Source: a virus. From it: a DNA stretch of 64,000 bases. Position 1 is the first letter of the stretch; each line of letters starts with the position of its first letter. The stretch covers positions 32,001-96,000 of IMG/VR virus record IMGVR_UViG_3300020193_000005; one strand, given 5' to 3'. Both the position numbers and the translations under genes were made by a program. The notes beneath the pieces are model-generated. The model was not told where the DNA came from. It searched no databases and worked only from the letters and a program-made list of their open reading frames with translations. This document shows positions 9,729 to 19,500 of the stretch, one piece after another.

Positions 9729-12700
9729 GTGATCGGCGAAGAAAATAACGACCGCAAGGAGAACCCGAGAAGCAGGGTGTACTTGCCGTTCGGATTCAGG
9801 AAAAAATCCATCCCGAATCCCTATACGGCACGCGACGCCGACCTGGACAGACTCGTCCTCGAAGGGATACCGACCGTCAATCTGGGTCGCGGAATTCCGG
9901 ATCCGACGCCGTTCGGCGCGGATTCGGGGCTGATGCGGAGCCAATCGCGCAGGCGCTTGGCCAGAACTATCGGAAGATTGATTCCGAAAAATCGATCCGA
10001 CTCCGGGGCGATGGCGGACGAAAAAAAGCCCACGACCCCCTCGAGGAACGAAACTCCCTACGGCGGAGATCAGACGATAATCGAGCAAGTGGTCAGCGAG
10101 GCTCGTTTTCAAAAAGATTTGGCCTCCAGGGGGGAATGGAAGGAAATTCACTACGACCACTACGACTGGTGGGCTTACCCGATCGATAGGGGAAGTGCCC
10201 AGTACGGTGATTTCTACAACGTCGCCGGCGAACCCGTAAAGAGATTAAGAAACAACATGGATTTCATAAAGGCGCTCACGGATACGATTTTGGTTCAAAC
10301 CAGGGCGCTCGGATACAACCTTTACGAAAAAACTTGGATGCAGGATCCCGAGTGGGAAAAGGGTCAGGACTGGGGTCTTGCCTATCCCACGAGAATATGG
10401 AAGATGACCAGATCCGCCCAAATTTTCGGTTTGGAGGAGGAATTTGAATCGCTGATAAACATGCAAAAGGTTTTGCAGGAGAGCGGAATCCGATTCAACC
10501 ATCGCAAGTATTGGGAAAGCCCCGGAACGGTGGACGATGTTCCGCCCATCGAGAGTTACGACGAGCCGAAAACATACTTCCGTGACTACTCGTTGGGCGC
10601 GAAACCGCGAACCCCATACGGAGAAGGAGGGGGTTCGTCCCCGTATTATCCGACGGAATACGATGAATGGGAGGCGGGAATAGACACGGAGCCCAGAGTC
10701 GGCGAATTGGAGCCCGACGACTTCGAGTCGGCGGTCGCCGGGGCTTTCGAGTTGGCGGATTTACTCAGGGAAAAATCCGAAATCGGCGACCTGGAATATC
10801 CGTACCACCACATCTCGCCGGATCGGAGGGAAGACATTGCCGATACGATAGATTTCGCGCTCACCCTGATCCCGATCGTCGACGGAGACGGATTCGACAC
10901 GGACAGAAAAGAGACGGCCGACGCCCTGGAAAAATTCGTAGTCGGCGACGATTTGTATCGAGATGACTCCGAGCTGTTGGACGAATTGATTTTACAGTTG
11001 AGAGATTCGACATACGACGGATTCTTTTCGTTCGACGAAGACAGCGGGAGGATGTCCGTTGAGCCGAAAATGAATAGGTTCAATGATCGGGTGACGACTT
11101 TGTACAACGAAGGCAAGACCCGCGAAGAGATCGCCAAGGAGCTCGACCTAAGCGTCCGTCAAGTTGATTACCTCCTAAACAAGCTCTTCGCCGGCGGGTT
11201 GGCGAAATCCCGCCACACACAGCGGGAAAAGACGGAGGAACTCATCGAACGGGTGGTGACCATGCACAACGAGGGGAAACGCACCACGGAAATCGCCGAG
11301 GAGTTGGGGCTCACCAACAACAGGGTGCAAAGATACCAATACATTGCGAGACGACGGGGATTGCTGACGACGCCCCGGAAACGCACTACGGCAGAAACGG
11401 ATGAGTTGATGAACGAGGCCGCGAGGTTGTACAACGAGGGGAAACCCCGGATGGACATAGCGAAGGAAATGAATCTTCCCGGGGAAAAAATTGGCACTCT
11501 TCTGCAACGAGCGAACGAGCGCAAGCTGATTCGCGACTACAACCCTCAAGGATTGGGAAAATTCGGGAAAACCACACTGACCCCCGAAAAAATCTCCGCC
11601 GCCGCCGACGGGTACAGGCAGGGAAAGACGTTCGCGCAGATCGCGGAAGAACTCGCGGTCACGGAAACCGCCGCCCGCAAACTCGTTGTGCAGGCGAGAC
11701 GCTTGGGGCTGGACACGGGCTCCCCTCGCAGGCGAACTCCGTCCCAGATGGAGGAATTGCTTTTGGAGGTGGCGGTCAGATACGAGGAAGGAAAGACATT
11801 CGCCGAAATCGGTCAAGAACTGGACGTTACTCCGTCGGCTATCAGGGATATGGTCGACAGGGCCGTCACGCTCGGTTTGATTCGGAGACGCGAGCGAACG
11901 CGCAGCGACACGGACGAGTTGATGAACCAGGTCATGGCCAAGCGCAAGGAGGGCAAGACCAGACGAGAAATCGCGCAGGAACTGAACGTCCCCGAAAATC
12001 GGGTCGCATACTTGGTCCAGAGGGCCAGGTTGATGAAAGCATCCGAATCGACTTCGACCGACGGATTCGACGGCGAGACGGGGAGAATGTCGAGAGAACC
12101 GGAGAGAGGCGATCTGGTCAGATTCGGTAGAAGCTCAAATAATCGGTACGTAGATGAACCCGGATCGCTCGGCAGGGTGGTGAAGGTCGCCCGTGACGGA
12201 ACCATCTCCGCGGATTTTGGAAATGGTCCGATAAAGCTGATCCCCGGCGAGGACGATTTCCTAGTGATCCCGAGACAAGTCGACGCGCTGTACGAGCTGA
12301 CGGACAACGACGGCAACGTGATGTACCTACCGGTCGAGGACGTGACGTACCCCAAGATCACCCGCGCCATGGAGGAAGCGATGAAAGCCGGGTACAGAGA
12401 AACAGGAATCATCCGAGGAAACATGCGAACATTTTTCGACGAAGCCACGGGAACCTTCAAGACATCCAGAATCGAGTCGAGGATTCTCAACGCGGAGAAC
12501 ATTGCGCCGGAAACGACGGCACCGGTTCCCCCTCAACCCGGATACCCCGAGTTCACTCGAATCGTCGGTACCGACCGAGCGCGAGGCGGGGGCGTCGACT
12601 CCGGCGCGATGGAACTGCCGGACGGAATAGACGAGGAACTTGAGGATTACGTTTACGACGATCCGCTGTTCGGTCCATCCATAAAGCATCCTCTCTTTTT

Positions 12701-15700
12701 TTGGATAGCCCCGATCACCCCGGAAGTGACCGACCTGATAAACGCGTCTTTCGCGCAAAAACGAGCGTCCGCGGATGAAGCTTTGGCAAAAAAGAATTGG
12801 GGCAAATACATATACCTGCACGAACGCCCCTACCGTATCGACGCCTTCGAGGACGTCATGGACGAGATGACGGATCAGGAGTACTGGAGCCGACTCTCGG
12901 ACATATGGGTGGACAGCGAGAACATCGGGGCGCAACCGAGTCGCTGGAGAGAGCTGCTACTAAGCGACCGCGGTTCGCGCGAGTCCTTCATGAACGAGAA
13001 CGAACGCGCGGAACTGGCGAAATTGCCGCAAAAGTTCACCGTATACCGCGGTTATTCGGAAAACGATCAGGAAGAATTCGGGATGTCGTGGAGCACCGAC
13101 GCGGAAGTGGCGGAATGGTTCGCCAGAAGATTCGCCAGAGACGACGAAAAGATCATCATGGAGAGCTTGGAGATCTCCAAGGACGAAGTCTTCGCTTACG
13201 TCACGCGACGTGGCGAGGACGAAATAATACTGGACATACGCAACGTCGTGGAGAGAACGGCGAAGAAACAACAGTTGCCACGGAAACCAAAGACGAGAAT
13301 ACCCTCCAAAAATAGGAACCTGACTCCCCCCGGCGACAGCGGAGCGATGAGTTCGCTAAGCAAGGAACAGATCGACGAAATGACGCAAAGATACAAAGAC
13401 GGAGATTCCGTTCTGGAGTTGGCTAACGATTACTCAGTAACCCAGGGCACCGTCTACTATCACCTGAGAAGAAAAGGCGTCGCCAGAAGGCCGGTCGGAA
13501 GGCGGAAAAAGCCCGGGGGATTTTCTGCCATAAAACGAAGATTGAAGGATTCCCTGGGACAAATCGGACTATTCGCCGCCTTCTCCAACGATCCGCAAAA
13601 AACTCTGAGATCTTCCAACCAAATGAAAACTTACTTGCTTTCCGAACCCGTCCGAACACCGGACGACCTACATCCGGACGAGTTCGCATTGCGTCCGAAT
13701 TTCGTTCGAGCCGCGATAGCCGCCGGATTGGGACTATTCAAGGCATTGAACCATAAAACCTTCAAAGTTCAGGGTCCGATAGCTAGGGAATTCACGGAAC
13801 TAATGGTCGGACCCAAGATGGTCAACGACGCCATCGGAACGACGTACCCGACGCTCCAGGAATTGGGGGAAATATTCGCGGCCAACGCAATCGTCAGGGC
13901 GCGAATCAGGTCTCTTTTCGGAATCAATGATCCGACCGCGCTCGCGTGGGCGATCCAATCGGGAGCTCCACTCCGCGAAGGCGGAGAGAGGATATTCGAC
14001 ATACCCGAATCGCCTCCGTACACAAGAAACCTGGTGGGGGGTGGCTATGTCTATTTCGAGGGAATCGACAATAGAAGACCGTTCGTTCTATCGGTCATGG
14101 CGAATATGCCCGAAGCGGTGAGGAGCAAGTTGTACTGGGATAGTGACAAGATTCCGTGGAGCAAGAGAGACGTGCCCATAACTGTGGAGAAGGGGGAACT
14201 ACCAGGCGGTAGGAAATACGAACGATCGCCCGTGGACGAAGTTTTACCGCTTTTTGTTCCCGGTCACGATACGAGTCGATTGGATTTAATCAAGACGAAT
14301 CACTCTTCGCCGGACGGAGCGAGGCTGGCCCAATACGTGGAAATGGCGAAGGAAGAAATACGACAGTGGGCGGCGGATCACGACGAATGGGCCAGGAGAT
14401 GGGCACAAAGCGTATATCGAATCATGAGCGAAGCTGGTCTGAGCGACGACGAAATAGCGGAAGTGATAAACAGGGACTGGTTGCAAAACATAACTTTCGG
14501 AATCGGAGATGCGGGAGACATATTGCAAAACGCCATGTTTATGGCACTCCTTATGACGAGATCCAAGTTCGCCCCGGTGGTGCATCTAGAAAACGGATTT
14601 GACGATCCGAATTTGGCTCTTCATGAGTTCTTTCACGTCCACCTCGGTCAAGGCTTCACGAGACACGGCGAGTACGTCGCCTTCAGGGGACCCGCGGAAG
14701 TTTACGACTCCTGGTATCCCCACACGCTATTCGCCTTAACCTTCAACAGCGCTTTTTGGCAAAACGTAGTGAAAGAGTCGGGAGGAACGGAAGAGCTCAG
14801 GAAAGAAATGCGAAAAGCCGTCGAAAAAATGCTCGCCCCGGAGTACGACTCGGACGTTCGTCTTCTTTTTGAGCTTTTCCCGGAATATCAGCGCGCCTCG
14901 GCGGAAATCAGAAAGAAACTCAACGAAATGATCATGGCGGAAATAATTGAGGACTTCGAAGACTCCACGGGATTCAGGAGGGTAGCGGGAATGCCCAGAG
15001 CAACCGAAATAATAAATGCTCCTGGTTTCAGGATTCCCAAAAGACTATGGCCGTGGGGTTCCAGCTACGGAGGCAAGGAAAGAATCGCCGACGTCCAGGG
15101 TAAAACATACGCGAAGTTCGAGGAGAGAATTTTCGGGGTTCCGGATCCGACGTCCGGCGACGGCGGGAATACGGGGAAAATGTCGCTGGAAAGAACTCCG
15201 AAATTCGACGGCGGTCACAGTAGTAGGGGAAGGGGAACTCCGTTGGGTGACGGAAAGGACGTCGCAATGAGGGAGGTCGCCGACAGCGCGATCGTCGAGC
15301 TGGTCGGCAACCGAGGAAGTAGCTCGCTCACGACCCTAAGATTTCTCGGACCCTATAGGGCTGGAAGCAGGGTCGTGATGCTTGCGAGGAACGGCGAGTT
15401 ACGTGGCGTGCCGTTGAAGAACGAAACCAGATCGGCGATAGCCAACGCCCAGAGGAACGGAGCGAGATTCGTCGTGGGGGACATGCCCGACGTGGATTCT
15501 CAGTTCGTGGACTTTTTGGAGGAGATCGGAGCCGACTACACGATTTATCACGCCGGAAACTCCCCGAGATTCCGTCCCGGATCGAAAATCCCCGGGACGA
15601 ACGCGGGAACATTGTCCGAGACGAGAGCCGGCGAATCGGATTCTCCGAGTAGGTTGGAGACGATCGGAAGAAACTTGGCCACGGCGGCCGCCGAAGTGGT

Positions 15701-16271
15701 CGCCGCCGGTTTCGAAGTCAAGGTGTACGGAGGGCGATCCGACTCCCAGTCTGGCTCGAATCCGATCGGCGGGATGCTCTCCGCCCTGAACAAAATGAGG
15801 GAAAACCCCGATGCTCCTACGGGAAGAAAATTGGCGGGGTTGACGATGATGATGAGCGCTATGGAAAAATACCTGACGGATTCAACGAACCAACGCCTAG
15901 TCGTCGTCTCGAGGGGAGATCGGGTCGTCGGGGCGTCGTTGATCAAATTCCCGGAAAAGGACTCCGTGGCCGAACTCAGATACGCCGGTTCGTTGTCTCC
16001 CGTGAGGGGGGTCGGTAGCGCCATGGTCGCCGAAATCATGAGGCTCGCGGCGGACTCGGGCAGATCCATAATCGGAACTTCGTCTCAAGATTCGGTATCC
16101 TTTTGGAGAGGGGTCGGCGGGAAAGACGCCGATTGGGACGGTCCATATCGCGGAAATACGATATTTGAAATCGACGACGTGAGAAAGGTCGTCGCCGCGA
16201 TAGACGCCCGTCGCAAGGAATTGAGAGCCCAAAAACTACTAGGCACGACCGACGGGGGGAACCCTAGATGA
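9729..16271 (+). CDS. Giant putative polyprotein B (2180 aa). Order: leader peptide, OGFr_N/DUF1810-like, 6xHTH, DUF4314-like, ART-like, HTH plus HExxH, SLOG-like, GNAT
   Basis: AGGAG RBS before the GTG. Seven DSGxM-type motifs separate the domains. Motifs seen: HYDWWAYP, EGKT..EIA.EL repeats, YRG..MSWST..RGEDEII, HEFFH, FVVGDMPDVD, RGVGSAMV. Confidence 0.9.
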   Translation: MIGEENNDRKENPRSRVYLPFGFRKKSIPNPYTARDADLDRLVLEGIPTVNLGRGIPDPTPFGADSGLMRSQSRRRLARTIGRLIPKNRSDSGAMADEKKPTTPSRNETPYGGDQTIIEQVVSEARFQKDLASRGEWKEIHYDHYDWWAYPIDRGSAQYGDFYNVAGEPVKRLRNNMDFIKALTDTILVQTRALGYNLYEKTWMQDPEWEKGQDWGLAYPTRIWKMTRSAQIFGLEEEFESLINMQKVLQESGIRFNHRKYWESPGTVDDVPPIESYDEPKTYFRDYSLGAKPRTPYGEGGGSSPYYPTEYDEWEAGIDTEPRVGELEPDDFESAVAGAFELADLLREKSEIGDLEYPYHHISPDRREDIADTIDFALTLIPIVDGDGFDTDRKETADALEKFVVGDDLYRDDSELLDELILQLRDSTYDGFFSFDEDSGRMSVEPKMNRFNDRVTTLYNEGKTREEIAKELDLSVRQVDYLLNKLFAGGLAKSRHTQREKTEELIERVVTMHNEGKRTTEIAEELGLTNNRVQRYQYIARRRGLLTTPRKRTTAETDELMNEAARLYNEGKPRMDIAKEMNLPGEKIGTLLQRANERKLIRDYNPQGLGKFGKTTLTPEKISAAADGYRQGKTFAQIAEELAVTETAARKLVVQARRLGLDTGSPRRRTPSQMEELLLEVAVRYEEGKTFAEIGQELDVTPSAIRDMVDRAVTLGLIRRRERTRSDTDELMNQVMAKRKEGKTRREIAQELNVPENRVAYLVQRARLMKASESTSTDGFDGETGRMSREPERGDLVRFGRSSNNRYVDEPGSLGRVVKVARDGTISADFGNGPIKLIPGEDDFLVIPRQVDALYELTDNDGNVMYLPVEDVTYPKITRAMEEAMKAGYRETGIIRGNMRTFFDEATGTFKTSRIESRILNAENIAPETTAPVPPQPGYPEFTRIVGTDRARGGGVDSGAMELPDGIDEELEDYVYDDPLFGPSIKHPLFFWIAPITPEVTDLINASFAQKRASADEALAKKNWGKYIYLHERPYRIDAFEDVMDEMTDQEYWSRLSDIWVDSENIGAQPSRWRELLLSDRGSRESFMNENERAELAKLPQKFTVYRGYSENDQEEFGMSWSTDAEVAEWFARRFARDDEKIIMESLEISKDEVFAYVTRRGEDEIILDIRNVVERTAKKQQLPRKPKTRIPSKNRNLTPPGDSGAMSSLSKEQIDEMTQRYKDGDSVLELANDYSVTQGTVYYHLRRKGVARRPVGRRKKPGGFSAIKRRLKDSLGQIGLFAAFSNDPQKTLRSSNQMKTYLLSEPVRTPDDLHPDEFALRPNFVRAAIAAGLGLFKALNHKTFKVQGPIAREFTELMVGPKMVNDAIGTTYPTLQELGEIFAANAIVRARIRSLFGINDPTALAWAIQSGAPLREGGERIFDIPESPPYTRNLVGGGYVYFEGIDNRRPFVLSVMANMPEAVRSKLYWDSDKIPWSKRDVPITVEKGELPGGRKYERSPVDEVLPLFVPGHDTSRLDLIKTNHSSPDGARLAQYVEMAKEEIRQWAADHDEWARRWAQSVYRIMSEAGLSDDEIAEVINRDWLQNITFGIGDAGDILQNAMFMALLMTRSKFAPVVHLENGFDDPNLALHEFFHVHLGQGFTRHGEYVAFRGPAEVYDSWYPHTLFALTFNSAFWQNVVKESGGTEELRKEMRKAVEKMLAPEYDSDVRLLFELFPEYQRASAEIRKKLNEMIMAEIIEDFEDSTGFRRVAGMPRATEIINAPGFRIPKRLWPWGSSYGGKERIADVQGKTYAKFEERIFGVPDPTSGDGGNTGKMSLERTPKFDGGHSSRGRGTPLGDGKDVAMREVADSAIVELVGNRGSSSLTTLRFLGPYRAGSRVVMLARNGELRGVPLKNETRSAIANAQRNGARFVVGDMPDVDSQFVDFLEEIGADYTIYHAGNSPRFRPGSKIPGTNAGTLSETRAGESDSPSRLETIGRNLATAAAEVVAAGFEVKVYGGRSDSQSGSNPIGGMLSALNKMRENPDAPTGRKLAGLTMMMSAMEKYLTDSTNQRLVVVSRGDRVVGASLIKFPEKDSVAELRYAGSLSPVRGVGSAMVAEIMRLAADSGRSIIGTSSQDSVSFWRGVGGKDADWDGPYRGNTIFEIDDVRKVVAAIDARRKELRAQKLLGTTDGGNPR
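9816..9917 (+). repeat. Shared 34-aa N-proximal peptide, copy 1
   Basis: NPYTARDADLDRLVLEGIPTVNLGRGIPDPTPFG. Confidence 0.95.
11070..12035 (+). repeat. Six tandem divergent helix-turn-helix repeats (about 55 aa each)
   Basis: YNEGKTREEIAKELDLS, HNEGKRTTEIAEELGLT, YNEGKPRMDIAKEMNLP, YRQGKTFAQIAEELAVT, YEEGKTFAEIGQELDVT, RKEGKTRREIAQELNVP. Confidence 0.9.
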
Positions 16272-16516
16272 AATCAGACGACAAGAAAATTGGACAACTT
16301 CCGTCCCTGGAATGGTTGGACGAGGCGGCCGACGGAGCGGATGTTCCGATCGTGAAGGTAGTTCCGGATCCCAGGCACAGGGAGGCCGCCCTAAGGGAGG
16401 CTTATGCGTTGCTCGGCGAGATGAAACCCTACTTTGAGGCGGTTCGGGAGGATTTTTTGTCCGAGTCCAATGCCGTCGGCAAGATGATCAAAGATCGTAA
16501 ATATTCGGTTAGCTAA
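16268..16516 (+). CDS. Small hypothetical protein (82 aa), coupled to polyprotein B
   Basis: ATGA start/stop overlap at 16268-16271. Confidence 0.75.
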   Translation: MKSDDKKIGQLPSLEWLDEAADGADVPIVKVVPDPRHREAALREAYALLGEMKPYFEAVREDFLSESNAVGKMIKDRKYSVS

Positions 16517-16528
16517 GTTGATTATGTC

Positions 16529-16534
16529 TATAAT
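16529..16534 (+). promoter_or_regulatory. Putative -10 element (TATAAT)
   Basis: Consensus TATAAT in an AT-rich intergenic gap upstream of 16587. Confidence 0.45.
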
Positions 16535-16586
16535 TGTTGAAGTAGATCGCCAGAACCTCCCCCGCCAAGCAGAGGAACGACGCTAA

Positions 16587-19500
16587 ATGTCGCCGATATT
16601 CGAGAACATACCACCCAACTCAAAGGTGATAGCCAAGCACGGGTCGAAGGTCCTTTTCGGTCTTAGGAACGGGTCAACCGCCTTATACGATTCGAAAAGC
16701 GGATCCTTCAGGCGAGGGGACGACGCGGATTTGATGGCCATGGACGACTTTTCGTCGTCGCACAACGGCGAATGGGCGGACGACAGATTGAGGAGATTCG
16801 CCGCTTCTCGAAAAACCCTGAACCTGGGCTCCGATATTTCCTTCAAGGTGGTTCAAAAGCCTAGAAAAAGTTCCTCCCGAGACGACGTCGCACAACCACA
16901 AGACCTGGCCAACATGCTCCCCAGGGAGTTCGTCAACTGGGCCAGATCGTACGTTCCCGGGCAACGTTTACCGATCTCTCCCCCGGGTTACAGCGGAACC
17001 GATTCGTGTCTGGGTCAGAACGCCGGCGGTCGATCCTCCGCAAAAATGCCGAACGCCGACGAGTTGACTTCGATGATTCTGAGAACTTACGGTTTTCCGC
17101 AAACGGCGCCGGTCGACGCCACGAAGGAAATGCGCTCCGCTTACGAAAAGGGTCTCCTGGGCAGAACGATTAGGGAAATGGCGACCCCGAACATTCTCTC
17201 GATGGTCGCCGCGGCCAGGGGATTATGGGTTGACAGGTTGAACAAGATTCGCTGTTTGGGCGGACCCGCGGCGAACAGATTCACGAATATCTTCGGGGTC
17301 GGTTGCGACATTCCGTCGTCCCCGGCGGAATTGGCGCGCGACGCGGCTTCCGCGGCGAGAGAAGCGGCCGGAGACGCCTCTCGCGCCGTCGGCGAGGCAA
17401 TGGAGAGAGTCGGAGAAGCGCGAGCCGGAGTGGGAATAGCCAAAGAAAGAGTCGGCGAGACGATAGAAGCGACCGACGAGATTCCGGGCGATCTCTCCGT
17501 GACCAGAATGATCGGAGAGCTCCGACAGTCCGAACAAACGTTATTCGATACCGATACGGGACAAATGACCAGGCGCGCAGGGGGAAACCAACCGCTCCTC
17601 ATCAACTCGGCGAACGCGGTCGCCGATGAGACGAACAAGAAAGCCACGCGTCGCGTGCTTATTCACGAGGGCGCCCGCAGATGGATAAATTCCTGGGTCG
17701 AAAGACAAAAGGGCGAAGATCCGTCCAACCCCCTCGGCGTTATCAGATCGGCCATACGCAGACGCAGGAGTCGTCAACAGGCGACGACCACGGGAGCGCT
17801 GACGCCACAGCAGCTCAACGAGCAGGAAGTGAAGTTGTACGCACAGGGAGTGATTGAACTCATCAGACTAACGGATCCGGAGCTGGCGGACGAATTGAGC
17901 GAACCAAGCCATCTTTTGAACGACATCAACGATCCGGTCGCAGTGCGTAACGCAGGTAACCAAAATAGCAAAAACGTAATAGAAATGATGCTGACCGACG
18001 CCCTCGGCCCAGACGCCGGAAGGGACAGAGCGAAGCTACAGCGCTACGCGGCGAATTTATTCGCCATCTATCAGCCGTACATCGAAGATAGGCAAAATCA
18101 TCCCGAATTGAAACAAACTCCCGTCAACTTTGCGCCGCAGAAAAATTTGTGGGAAACATCGAACGTCGTAGCTTTCTTTACGGTTCCGGGTTTCGGCGGA
18201 GGCAGAAATCAGCCTCTTAGCAACTACGTCGCCCCAACGCCGACGAATCCAGGATATGCGGGTTCTGGGATGCTTGACCTTTTGGACAGGGGAGAGTTTC
18301 CCTTATTCGGAATGGGTTATCCGGGCAACAACGTCGTCGAGGCGGTAACGAGGAGCGGCGTAACCCCGCTGGACGGATACAAGCACACCACGGATTCGTT
18401 CTACAACAAAGTGGTCAAAAATATTGGATCAGGAAACGCTCCGTTTCACGGCGTGTACCTTTTTGACTCGAGACTCATAACCGAGCCCGAAAGTTTGATG
18501 CGACTATTCGATTCCCCGGACGGACATTTGCCCGTTTCGGGTTTGTCGCCGGCGGCGGTCCTCCAGCACACCTTGGAACACGAACCCAAACACTTGGTCG
18601 CGTTTTCGCAGAGGTTGAGATCGAATCTCGGATACACGGAAGCCGAATGGGCGGAAAGACTCGGAAGACAGTTCAAACTCGGGGGATCGGGATTGGAGGA
18701 CTCGAGGTTCGGCGATCCCATTCTGGGAGAGAATCCGGATCACGTTTACGGACCGATAGATCTTTTTAGGGACGCTAGGAGCGGGACTTTCATTCGTAGG
18801 CAGGTGGACGAACTGATGATAGCGCTACGACATCCGGACTACGAGGGGGTGGTTTTGCCCGACGGCCTGCGGGGGTGGAAAAGTACGGATCCGGTCCTCA
18901 ACGGAGCTCAAAAAATTGCGCTTCTATGGAAATTTTACGCCAACAACATATCCTGGGATCGCACTACGGCCCAAAACGTCCAGAACTTATACGCGTTGAA
19001 AGCCGGCAAGCAAGCGGCGGCGCAACTCGTTGCGGAAATAGACGAATCGCTCAAGAGACGCGGGTTCGACGACGGCGTTCGGCGAATACTCCAGCAAGCG
19101 ATCAGAGAAGATTTGATGTATTACGAAGACGGTCCCCTTGACCGAAGACGGATACTCGGTAGTTCCAGCGAAGACGCGTTGCATCAATCAATAAACGAAG
19201 CCGCCATCGACGCCGAGATAGCCCAACGAATCAGCGCGGGAACGCCCAATCCCGACAGAGATCAGGTAATAAACGATTTGATAGCGCAAGGAAGGGTGAT
19301 TCCGCTCGGCAGTCGACCGGATCCCGGTCGACCAGTAACGGGGCCACTGTCGCAACACAATCGACTTTCGGGACAGAACAGGTTGACGGAAAAGCAAATA
19401 GTGCTGGCGCAGAATTTCGTCGGCGACGCCTACGCCATGTCCTCGGCGATCGAGTTGGACGCCGAATTCAACACGGCCATTGCGCAACCCGATGCCCCGG

